IMG/VR virus record: IMGVR_UViG_3300046779_001625
Coordinates: 1 to 35,455 of that record
DNA: 35,455 bases
Source: a virus
Lineage: Duplodnaviria; Caudoviricetes
Strand: one strand, 5' to 3'
Below, piece after piece: positions 19,050 to 27,406 of the stretch. Below the pieces are notes generated by a model that was not told where the DNA came from, ran no database searches, and saw only the letters and a program-made list of their open reading frames with translations. The translations under genes were made by a program, and so were the position numbers. Numbering within the stretch: position 1 is the stretch's first letter; each line of letters starts with the position of its first letter.

Positions 19050-20498
19050 ATGGATAATACCCCAGCAACGCAACTCTATACTCTGTTGACTTCTAAAGAT
19101 CTAGAAGTGCAAGTTCTAGACACAAAAACCGGACAACCCCCGATTGACTCTGACGGAGAGTCCGACATCAGTGAAGGTGATTTATTCACCTTTGATTGGG
19201 ATGCAGAATCAGGTAAAAATTACGGTACTGTGCAGATATTGTTGACTAAAGACAAAAATTTAATCCTTACCTACGGCGATAATCTTGGACGTGGTATGGA
19301 TCCCGAAGATAAAACTGAATGGTTTGACTTCATGTATCAGCTCAAGAATTTTGCCAGCAGAAACTTTTTAAATTTTACTCCTGGCAACTATGCCAAACTA
19401 AAACACAGCTTGGCAACAATGTCAACAGTCAAAGAAAGTATTTTAGAAAGTTACTATGGAACTCGTAAAGTCAGCTATTCAGGTGCACCCACTGAAGCTA
19501 GACTGATGATCAAACACAACAGAGATCTTGCCGAAGGTGATGCAAGATTTCGCTATGTTGAAAGTCTGTTTATTGAAACCACTGATGGTGAACGGTTTAG
19601 ACTGCCTTTCCGTAATTTAGCAGGGGGACGTGCCATGCTAGAACATGTGCGACAAGGTGGTCGTCCGTACGACCTACGTGGTTCACACATAGTTGAAATG
19701 ATTGAAGAAATGTCGGTTTTAAATCGTTTTAGAAAAGCACATCACGGGCGTGTATTTGAAGGTGTGGCTGATGATTTAGTACAACGCAGTAATCAATACT
19801 ACGAAAGTCTACGACACAGTGTCAAGAGTCTTGCTACTACTAGAGGATACAATAATTATTTTGAATCATGGCAACCACTGGAACTAACCGAACAAGACAC
19901 ACTAGTAGAAGAGCTCAAACAACTATTCATTGAACAGACTCTAGACACTAGAATTGAACAGGCGTTGCCTGTGCTGGCAAGATTACAACAAACTAATATG
20001 AGAGAACTCAACGAATTTGCGCAACACATAGGCACCATTGCCGAAGGTACTTGGGCAACGCCCAACACTCCCGAAGCTCAAAAACAACTGTTGACTATTC
20101 TAACCCTAGATGAAATCCCAGTTGGCGCCGATGCCGAAGACCTAACTACCCAACTCTATGATATACTAGGCGATGATGAGCTATTTGACAGATTGTTGAC
20201 TTTGGCTGATGAAGATGCCGGCGCAGATGCCAAACCAATTATACTGGCTCGCATGGAAGAGTTGCGTGGTGCTCCGGGCATTGATGATGTCTTGGCACAG
20301 TTAGAACAAGGTGGCTCTGATCCTACACGGCCTGAACTTGGCGACGAATTACCTTCTGAGCCCGACGATGAGACACCCAAACCCACTGACGAAGCCGACA
20401 ACTTAGCTACATTTGAAGGTTTACCCAACGAAACTGGTGTAAGTATCATGTATGAGCAACAATTGGGCAGATTAAAAAGTCTGTTAGGCAAAATATAA
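19050..20498 (+). CDS. Hypothetical protein, acidic, probably late/structural
   Basis: 482-aa ORF after terL, TAAATA at 19037-19042; family not recognised. Confidence 0.6.
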   Translation: MDNTPATQLYTLLTSKDLEVQVLDTKTGQPPIDSDGESDISEGDLFTFDWDAESGKNYGTVQILLTKDKNLILTYGDNLGRGMDPEDKTEWFDFMYQLKNFASRNFLNFTPGNYAKLKHSLATMSTVKESILESYYGTRKVSYSGAPTEARLMIKHNRDLAEGDARFRYVESLFIETTDGERFRLPFRNLAGGRAMLEHVRQGGRPYDLRGSHIVEMIEEMSVLNRFRKAHHGRVFEGVADDLVQRSNQYYESLRHSVKSLATTRGYNNYFESWQPLELTEQDTLVEELKQLFIEQTLDTRIEQALPVLARLQQTNMRELNEFAQHIGTIAEGTWATPNTPEAQKQLLTILTLDEIPVGADAEDLTTQLYDILGDDELFDRLLTLADEDAGADAKPIILARMEELRGAPGIDDVLAQLEQGGSDPTRPELGDELPSEPDDETPKPTDEADNLATFEGLPNETGVSIMYEQQLGRLKSLLGKI

Positions 20499-20509
20499 GA
20501 TAAATAACA

Positions 20510-20539
20510 TTGACACACAGTAGCAAGAGCGCATATACT
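20510..20539 (+). promoter_or_regulatory. Sigma70-like promoter for the gp32 gene
   Basis: TTGACA (20510-15), 18 nt, TATACT (20534-39); extra TAAATA at 20501-20506. Confidence 0.6.
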
Positions 20540-20559
20540 CCGTGTGTATGCGCTTTTTT
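20528..20559 (+). terminator. Intrinsic terminator ending the late operon
   Basis: AGCGCATATAC-tccgt-GTGTATGCGCT (one G-U pair) followed by TTTTT. Confidence 0.7.
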
Positions 20560-20628
20560 ATTGAGTGTATAGGCATCCATGTCGCAAGACATATTAGGCA
20601 TATTTAGGCATTTATAGGAGAACTCATT

Positions 20629-21630
20629 ATGGCCTCATTAGCAGAAATCCGCGCACGACTTCAAGCCGCAGAGTCGAACAAAGGCGGTCAATCCCAAGGC
20701 GGCGACAACGCAATTTACCCACACTGGAACATGCCCGAAGGATCAAGCACAAGTATCCGCTTCCTTCCTGACGGTAACTCAAAGAACACTTTCTTCTGGG
20801 TTGAACGTGCAATGATCAAACTGCCATTTAATGGCATCAAAGGCGAAGCTGAGTCAAAAATGACTACAGTTCAAGTACCTTGTGTAGAGATGTGGGGCGA
20901 AGCATGTCCGATTCTTGCAGAAGTACGAACATGGTTCAAGGACAAAAGTCTTGAGGACATGGGTCGTAAGTATTGGAAGAAACGCAGTTATATTTTCCAA
21001 GGCTTTGTGCGTGAGAATCCTCTCACCGACGACAAAACCCCAGAAAATCCAATACGACGTTTTATCATTGGACCTCAGATCTTTACTCTGATCAAATCAG
21101 CATTGATGGATCCTGATCTTGAAAACGTGCCAACTGACTACGCTAACGGTATTGACTTCCGTATCACAAAAACTACCAAAGGTGGTTATGCTGACTACAA
21201 CACTTCAAAATGGGCACGTAAAGAATCTTCTTTGAGTGCCGACGAAGCAGAGGCAATTGAAAAACATGGTTTGTTTGATCTTGCCAGTTTCTTGCCCAAG
21301 AAGCCAACTGATGTAGAACTCCGAGTCATCAAAGAAATGTTTGAAGCATCAGTAGATGGTCAACCATTTGACATGGAACGTTGGGGACAATACTATCGTC
21401 CAGCTGGTGCAGCAGCACCTACCGGATCAAGTACCGCAGCACATGATGCCGATGAAGATGCACCGGCTCCTGTGACCAAGCCAAGTCCAGCAGCAGCACG
21501 TCATGTCGAAGACGATGACGAGGCCGAAGTAGCAGCAGCAGTTGCCGCAGCACCGGTTGAAAAACCAGCAGCAACACCCAACAAGGCCGAAGATATTCTA
21601 GCAATGATTCGTGCGAGACAAAAGCAATAA
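20629..21630 (+). CDS. Single-stranded DNA-binding protein (T4 gp32-like)
   Basis: IRFLPDG, VPC.EMWGE.CPI, YWKKRSY, GIDFRITKT.KGGYADY.TS; Ala/Pro/Asp-rich tail; AGGAG SD. Confidence 0.9.
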   Translation: MASLAEIRARLQAAESNKGGQSQGGDNAIYPHWNMPEGSSTSIRFLPDGNSKNTFFWVERAMIKLPFNGIKGEAESKMTTVQVPCVEMWGEACPILAEVRTWFKDKSLEDMGRKYWKKRSYIFQGFVRENPLTDDKTPENPIRRFIIGPQIFTLIKSALMDPDLENVPTDYANGIDFRITKTTKGGYADYNTSKWARKESSLSADEAEAIEKHGLFDLASFLPKKPTDVELRVIKEMFEASVDGQPFDMERWGQYYRPAGAAAPTGSSTAAHDADEDAPAPVTKPSPAAARHVEDDDEAEVAAAVAAAPVEKPAATPNKAEDILAMIRARQKQ

Positions 21631-22171
21631 ACCACTGTTGGTAAACTATTTTCCTGGGAGTATGGGCGATACTATTATTGCTTATCTCCTGGGATTTGAT
21701 AGCCAACGTGATCATCGGGGCCGTGTTTGTAATGGATATCCGTGGGATCTAAAAAAATTTGATTTTTACCATCTCCCACGGGACACCAAAGCCAAAGTTT
21801 ACAATGAAATCATTAAACCTTGGCTTGACCAATACGGTATTATTGGTGTTCACAGATTTGAACGTTTTGATTTTGCTGAACTGGACACCGTTCAGGTGTT
21901 GAGTGTAGATCCAAGATCTATGTTAGATCAAGCAGCCTCAATGTACTTAGATAAAGTTCATAAAGACAGCGGATACTATCAGACAATTGATCAAAATTTT
22001 AACAACGCTATTGTGGCCAGATACGGCCACAATAGTGAATTAAGGTTACAGTTTGCAAAAAAACGAATAGTTCAATGGTGCGAACACAATATTTTGTCCA
22101 CAGACACTGTACTGAGTTTAGACGAATTTTTACAAGATAATTCTTGTGTTGATAAGTTTCAAGTAAGATGA
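21611..22171 (+). CDS. Hypothetical protein
   Basis: 186 aa, GTG start overlapping the gp32 end (start uncertain); N-terminal LLVNYFPGSMGD strand-loop. Confidence 0.55.
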   Translation: MRDKSNKPLLVNYFPGSMGDTIIAYLLGFDSQRDHRGRVCNGYPWDLKKFDFYHLPRDTKAKVYNEIIKPWLDQYGIIGVHRFERFDFAELDTVQVLSVDPRSMLDQAASMYLDKVHKDSGYYQTIDQNFNNAIVARYGHNSELRLQFAKKRIVQWCEHNILSTDTVLSLDEFLQDNSCVDKFQVR

Positions 22172-22713
22172 AATCGTATAGCGCAACTACCAATTGGAAA
22201 CGGCTTCAACTTAGATATCTCAAAGTTGATGACATTGCCTGTGATTATAAACTCAAAGTGTTTATGCGAAAAAACCCTCAATGGCGATATCACGTTGAAC
22301 ATGCCAGCCCGGATCTAAAACTATATGCTGAGGAGCATTGTATAGTTGACAGCAATGATTTTGATTTTTTTGTTGTCAACGACTTAGAATTCAGCAAACT
22401 AAGTTTAGATACACTAGAAACTACATTACAAAAGCTTTACAATCAAAGTCAACACGGTGGATACTTTTCGGTTCTGAGTTACTTTTTAAACTGGCACAAC
22501 AGACCCGAATGTTTGCGTAACAACCTTAGCGACGATATTGATCAGGCCGTTGTTGAATGGGTTGAACAATATATTGGCGTAAAAAATTATTCCAATCAAA
22601 GTTTAAAAATCTCAAATCCACAAAGTAACATAACCGATGATGGTGAGTTGGTTACCGGTGCTGATTTTATATATACTCACGGAAATATAAGATTCTGGCT
22701 ATGGAAAAAGTAA
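22168..22713 (+). CDS. Hypothetical protein
   Basis: 181 aa, ATGA-coupled to the upstream ORF. Confidence 0.55.
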   Translation: MKSYSATTNWKRLQLRYLKVDDIACDYKLKVFMRKNPQWRYHVEHASPDLKLYAEEHCIVDSNDFDFFVVNDLEFSKLSLDTLETTLQKLYNQSQHGGYFSVLSYFLNWHNRPECLRNNLSDDIDQAVVEWVEQYIGVKNYSNQSLKISNPQSNITDDGELVTGADFIYTHGNIRFWLWKK

Positions 22714-23342
22714 TTGATCATCAATTTCAATCTCAATGGGACTTTGGGCTCTATGGGCATTACAAATTTTGGCGATATAATCGTGACAAATATGTGCAGT
22801 GGGTAAAGTCAAAACACACAGAACCCACACTTGATGTTTGGGACAAATATATTTTACGCACAATGAACAAGGGTCACACTGTGGTCTACGACTCGCAAGC
22901 ATTGATTTGGAAACGTATGCTGCGGTCAGTAACCATCGTTGAAAACAGTGTTCCCAAAATACTTGAGAATCATGTGACATTGCTGACAGCAGCAGTTGAC
23001 CAACAGCTAATAAAGCAAGCAGACAATTTATTACTGTACAAACCCTTGAGTGCCAAGTATTGCGATGGTATTGTTGAGTATCTAACTCAAGAAAACCTAG
23101 TTACTAGATCCGGATATTCTCCCAATCTAAAAAATTGGTTAGCTCCTGGTGCTAAAATATTTTTTAGTATCCGACAAGAATTTTTTGCGTTTAATCGATT
23201 CAAAGAAACTTTATTGGACTTTGTCAAACGCGAATCTGAGGTATTGGCCCGCGAACACGGTATTGATCTTATGCTACAAGCATACAATCCCAATGACTAT
23301 GTTAACGGACAAGTCAAGTTGATTTTTCAATATCAATCATAG
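22701..23342 (+). CDS. Hypothetical protein
   Basis: 213 aa, overlaps the upstream ORF by 13 nt. Confidence 0.55.
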   Translation: MEKVIDHQFQSQWDFGLYGHYKFWRYNRDKYVQWVKSKHTEPTLDVWDKYILRTMNKGHTVVYDSQALIWKRMLRSVTIVENSVPKILENHVTLLTAAVDQQLIKQADNLLLYKPLSAKYCDGIVEYLTQENLVTRSGYSPNLKNWLAPGAKIFFSIRQEFFAFNRFKETLLDFVKRESEVLAREHGIDLMLQAYNPNDYVNGQVKLIFQYQS

Positions 23343-23368
23343 ACATTGCAGGTTAATTGCCTTATAAT
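23340..23368 (+). promoter_or_regulatory. Sigma70-like promoter for uvsX
   Basis: TAGACA (23340-45), 17 nt, TATAAT (23363-68). Confidence 0.65.
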
Positions 23369-23390
23369 ATTATTTTGAAAGTGAACAATC

Positions 23391-24449
23391 ATGGGAAAAC
23401 CATTTGATATATCAAAATTCCGCAAGGAAATTACAAAAAGCATTGACGGCTTATCAATCGGTTTCAATGACCCGACAGATTGGATTAGCACAGGTAACTA
23501 TGCACTAAACTATCTAATCTCGGGTGATTTTACAAAAGGTGTGCCACTAGGTAAAGTAACTGTTTTTGCTGGTGAATCCGGTGCAGGCAAGAGTTATATT
23601 TGTTCAGGAAACATCATAAAGAATGCACAGGAACAAGGCATTTACGTAGTTTTAGTAGACAGTGAAAATGCTCTAGACGAAGCCTGGTTACATGCCTTGG
23701 GTGTAAGTACCGACGAAAGCAAGTTATTGAAGTTGTCAATGGCCATGATTGATGATGTTGCAAAAACAATTTCTACTTTTATGAGCGAGTATAAAGCCTT
23801 GCCCGACGGGGAACGGCCCAAGGTTCTCTTTGTTATTGACTCTTTGGGAATGTTACTGACACCTACTGATATAAACCAGTTTGATAGCGGTGATCTGAAA
23901 GGCGACTTGGGAAGAAAACCCAAAGCTCTCACCGCCCTAGTACGGAACTGTGTGAATATGTTTGGTAGTTATAATGTCGGCCTGGTATGTACTAATCACA
24001 CATATGCAAGTCAGGACATGTTTGATCCAGACGATAAGATTAGCGGCGGGCAAGGTTTTATCTATGCAAGTTCTATTGTTGTTGCTATGAAGAAACTCAA
24101 GCTCAAAGAAGATGAAGATGGCAACAAAATTTCTGATGTTATGGGTATTCGTTCAGCATGTAAAGTTATGAAAACTCGATATGCAAAACCTTTTGAAGGC
24201 GTTCAAGTCAAGATTCCATATGAAACAGGTATGAATCCCTACAGTGGCCTAGTTGATCTTGCTGAGAAAAAAGGATTGCTAAAAAAAGACGGTAATCGTC
24301 TGGCATTCACAACTAGTGATGGCGAAATTGTCAAGCAATTCCGCAAAGCATGGGAATCAAACGAAGGTGGATGCCTTGATCAAGTCATGGCTGATTTTAA
24401 AAATCAGCGCAACGAGGTAAGTACCACGGACAATGATAACGAGGAGTGA
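23391..24449 (+). CDS. uvsX: RecA-like recombinase UvsX
   Basis: ISTGNYALN, Walker A GESGAGKS, DSENA, VIDSLGML, NHTY, SGGQG..YASSIV. Confidence 0.93.
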   Translation: MGKPFDISKFRKEITKSIDGLSIGFNDPTDWISTGNYALNYLISGDFTKGVPLGKVTVFAGESGAGKSYICSGNIIKNAQEQGIYVVLVDSENALDEAWLHALGVSTDESKLLKLSMAMIDDVAKTISTFMSEYKALPDGERPKVLFVIDSLGMLLTPTDINQFDSGDLKGDLGRKPKALTALVRNCVNMFGSYNVGLVCTNHTYASQDMFDPDDKISGGQGFIYASSIVVAMKKLKLKEDEDGNKISDVMGIRSACKVMKTRYAKPFEGVQVKIPYETGMNPYSGLVDLAEKKGLLKKDGNRLAFTTSDGEIVKQFRKAWESNEGGCLDQVMADFKNQRNEVSTTDNDNEE

Positions 24450-24451
24450 TA

Positions 24452-24688
24452 ATGTCTGTAGACCTAGCAAGTGAACTTTGGAGCGAAGTAAAACGTTATA
24501 TCAATGACATAGATCGTCAGGAAGCCGCTGAAGTGTTTATCAATGTGCTAATTGACAATGATATTGATGCCGAGGATATACGCACTGCGTTCCGCGGTGA
24601 ATCTGAAATTAAAAAAGCCCTTCAAACTTATCTTGATGACGAAGAAGAAGATGAGGAAGAAGATTACGAAGACGACGATACATGGTAA
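24452..24688 (+). CDS. Small acidic hypothetical protein
   Basis: ATG 24452 after GAGGAG; D/E-rich tail; between uvsX and uvsY. Confidence 0.65.
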   Translation: MSVDLASELWSEVKRYINDIDRQEAAEVFINVLIDNDIDAEDIRTAFRGESEIKKALQTYLDDEEEDEEEDYEDDDTW

Positions 24689-24691
24689 TCT

Positions 24692-25144
24692 ATGTGGTAT
24701 AGCCGTATAGTAGCAGATCTCAGTGCCATCCCGGATTTTATTGCACACTATGAAACCGAACTTGATGATGCCAAGCGCGATGTACGTCTTGCTGGCATTG
24801 TTGAGAAAAATATCACAGCTTTACCAGGCATCACAGAGCACCGCTTTAATCAATTACAAGAGATCGAAGCTGTGCTTAACTATCTTAATATCCAACTACG
24901 GAAGATTAGACGAAGACACTTTCAAAAGTATCTTGAAGGCTATGCGCGAGCGCTCACTAGCCGTGATGCTGAAAAATATGTTGACGGAGAAGATGAAGTG
25001 GTAGATTTTGAAACAATCATTAACGAGGTTGCTCTCTTACGAAACAAATGGCTTGGAATCATGAAAGGCCTAGATTCAAAACAGTGGATGGCCGGGCACA
25101 TCGTTAGATTGCGCACTGCTGGCATGGAAGATGTCGCTGTTTGA
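24692..25144 (+). CDS. uvsY: Recombination mediator UvsY-like protein
   Basis: 150-aa helical protein with YLEGY.RALTSRDAEKYVDGE and KGLDSKQW...IVRLR.AG; adjacent to uvsX. Confidence 0.75.
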   Translation: MWYSRIVADLSAIPDFIAHYETELDDAKRDVRLAGIVEKNITALPGITEHRFNQLQEIEAVLNYLNIQLRKIRRRHFQKYLEGYARALTSRDAEKYVDGEDEVVDFETIINEVALLRNKWLGIMKGLDSKQWMAGHIVRLRTAGMEDVAV

Positions 25145-26156
25145 TCCTGTATATCGTATTGACGACGACTTTGCGTGGATCAATCTAAGACACTACAGTC
25201 GTCAAAGCCTGCGAGACGGGGTATTAAAAGCAGACGTCAATGCGCAGTTCGGCCGTCAGCCAGAATTAGAATCCATAGTAAATTCAAAAATACTTTTGTT
25301 TGACAGTTTGTATGAAGGACACAGCAGAAGTGATTTTGAATTAGCGTGTGAAAATTCTCCCTGGGCAGGAAGCAATCGCTGTTGTTGGATTGGTAATGTG
25401 TTTGATGATAGTCCACCGGATAATTCAGTATTAATCACTGGTCACATGATAAATCATTGTGGATACTTAGATCATGTGAGATCTTTGAATATTACCTGGG
25501 ATACTCTCTCTAGGCGATCTTTGCTGGTTTGCTTGATGCGTCGACCCAGTGCAACAAGGCATCAAATTTGTAAACATATTCTTACCTACTATCAAAAATT
25601 CAATCCAGTGATAAGTTACGGATCAATGTTGAATTATCAATACTTTGATACAGAGCTCAACTGTACGGTACCGATATTATTTGACGGACCAAATGCACAA
25701 GGTGACTCATATCACTTACTTAATGATGCTAGAGTGTTTGACTCATTGATAAATGTTGTTGCTGAAACCAGTGACCAAACCAATCGCAATGGTGATTTTG
25801 GTTATGATACATTATTTGTCACCGAAAAAACATTCAAAGCATTTGCATGGTATCAGATTCCGGTATGGATAGCAGTACCAGGGTTAGTTGATTGTGTGCG
25901 ACGCATGGGATTTGATGTGTTTGATGACTTTGTTGATCACAGCTACGATACAATACAAGACCATCAACAACGTTTGACAGCAGCACTTGCTGCATTAGAC
26001 AATTTGATTAGTTGTGTTAATAGATATAACATAGCAGAATTGCACAAAAACTTGTTGAATAGATTCAAACAAAACGATGTGGTGTTAAATCGTGTGCGTA
26101 GATTGGCTAAATTGTCTTACCAACAAGGCCTTGATAAATTAAGAACATCACTGTAA
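25131..26156 (+). CDS. Putative glycosyltransferase-like protein
   Basis: C-terminal INVVAET...FVTEKTFKAF...P...GFDVFDDFVDHSYD resembles the GT10-like EN/TEK donor-binding motif. Confidence 0.45.
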   Translation: MSLFDPVYRIDDDFAWINLRHYSRQSLRDGVLKADVNAQFGRQPELESIVNSKILLFDSLYEGHSRSDFELACENSPWAGSNRCCWIGNVFDDSPPDNSVLITGHMINHCGYLDHVRSLNITWDTLSRRSLLVCLMRRPSATRHQICKHILTYYQKFNPVISYGSMLNYQYFDTELNCTVPILFDGPNAQGDSYHLLNDARVFDSLINVVAETSDQTNRNGDFGYDTLFVTEKTFKAFAWYQIPVWIAVPGLVDCVRRMGFDVFDDFVDHSYDTIQDHQQRLTAALAALDNLISCVNRYNIAELHKNLLNRFKQNDVVLNRVRRLAKLSYQQGLDKLRTSL

Positions 26157-26159
26157 AAT
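26131..26159 (+). promoter_or_regulatory. Sigma70-like promoter for cupin-epimerase genes
   Basis: TTGATA (26131-36), 17 nt, TAAAAT (26154-59); AGGAG SD follows. Confidence 0.55.
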
Positions 26160-26176
26160 ATACTATAGGAGAATAT

Positions 26177-26524
26177 ATGAAAGCAGGAAAAGTTTGGGGA
26201 CAGACAGAACTACTTGAAGCCAATGGCGTACTTGAGTTTCATAGGATTGATATCAATGCTGGTGGCACATGCAGCAAACATCGTCATCAGTTCAAGTGGA
26301 ACGGGTTTTATGTTATTACAGGGACACTTGTTGTAAGGGTTTGGAAGAATGACTATGATCTAGTTGACGAAACTGTGCTTGGTCCCGGTGACTACACCAA
26401 AGTAGCTCCCACAGAATATCATCAATTTGAAGCACTTGACGACACTGTAGCCCTTGAATTGTACTGGGCCGAGTTTGACCACAACGACATTGAACGCCAA
26501 GATCACGGTTTTATCAACAAATGA
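26177..26524 (+). CDS. Cupin-fold protein (sugar isomerase-like)
   Basis: KVWG, CSKHRH..K.NGFYV..G, L.PGD...V....YHQFEA. Confidence 0.8.
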   Translation: MKAGKVWGQTELLEANGVLEFHRIDINAGGTCSKHRHQFKWNGFYVITGTLVVRVWKNDYDLVDETVLGPGDYTKVAPTEYHQFEALDDTVALELYWAEFDHNDIERQDHGFINK

Positions 26525-27348
26525 AAAAAGTTCTAGTTACAGGTAATGCCGGTTATATTGGCGGGCATTTAGTTAATCTCTTAAACAAAAAAAAGAAGTA
26601 TCAGGTCTGGGGACTTGATTATGATGCACCACAGGTTGAAGTCTATGATCACCTAAATGCTGACATTAGAACCATACCCAAAATAGATTTTGTAGAATTT
26701 GACACTGTGATACATTTGGCTGCATTGGTCAATGTTGGTGAAAGTACCAGCGATCCCATCAGTTACTATCGTACCAATATTGCCGGTACTGAAAATGTTC
26801 TAAGTAAAATAAAATATAAAAATTTTATATTTGCCAGCACTGGCGCAGCACAGGGCTGTGCTAGTCCTTACGGTATTAGCAAACGTGCAGCGGAACAAGT
26901 GGTGTATCAATATTGTCAAGAAGAATCAATCCCTTATACCGTCTTTAGATTTTACAATGTAATAGGCAGTGACGGAATAGCGCCCACCAATCCTGATGGG
27001 CTGATGATGAACCTAATAAAGGCTCCCAATACCGGCAAGTTTACTATTTTCGGCAATGACTACAACACTCCTGACGGCACTGCGGTGAGAGACTATGTGC
27101 ATGTCAATGAAATTTGTCAGGCCCTGATAAAAGCCATAGAGCATCCAGCCAATTGGACTGAGAATCTTGGTCATGGTCATGGCAGTTCTGTGCTTGAAAT
27201 GGTTGAATTGTTTAAGCAAGTAAATGATGTTGACTTTGATGTCAGTTTTGGTCCTCGCAGAGCCGGAGACTTAGAACGTAGTGTACTGGACAATCCTTCA
27301 GAATATCTTCCTAAATTGTACAATCTAGAGCAGCTACTCAAAATCTAG
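26521..27348 (+). CDS. galE: NAD-dependent epimerase (UDP-glucose 4-epimerase-like)
   Basis: VLVTGNAGYIG, HLAA, YGISK (YxxxK), FRFYNV, DGTAVRDYVHV, RRAGD. Confidence 0.85.
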   Translation: MKKVLVTGNAGYIGGHLVNLLNKKKKYQVWGLDYDAPQVEVYDHLNADIRTIPKIDFVEFDTVIHLAALVNVGESTSDPISYYRTNIAGTENVLSKIKYKNFIFASTGAAQGCASPYGISKRAAEQVVYQYCQEESIPYTVFRFYNVIGSDGIAPTNPDGLMMNLIKAPNTGKFTIFGNDYNTPDGTAVRDYVHVNEICQALIKAIEHPANWTENLGHGHGSSVLEMVELFKQVNDVDFDVSFGPRRAGDLERSVLDNPSEYLPKLYNLEQLLKI

Positions 27349-27369
27349 CAAGTTCAAAATATACGCGGA

Positions 27370-27398
27370 TAAATACCTCTACATTTTCAAAGGTATTT
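27370..27398 (+). promoter_or_regulatory. TAAATA late-type promoter within an inverted repeat
   Basis: TAAATA at 27370-75; AAATACCT (27371-78) and AGGTATTT (27391-98). Confidence 0.5.
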
Positions 27399-27406
27399 CT
27401 TATTTC

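Noticed and set aside
20570-20620. TAGGCA repeats as a mini-CRISPR or iteron origin
   Set aside because: Units are 6 nt with 4-nt gaps, no cas genes are present, and they run into the SD; kept only as a leader element.
17474-24449. Inteins or introns in terL, gp32 or uvsX
   Set aside because: Lengths are normal, frames are uninterrupted and no splicing motifs were seen.
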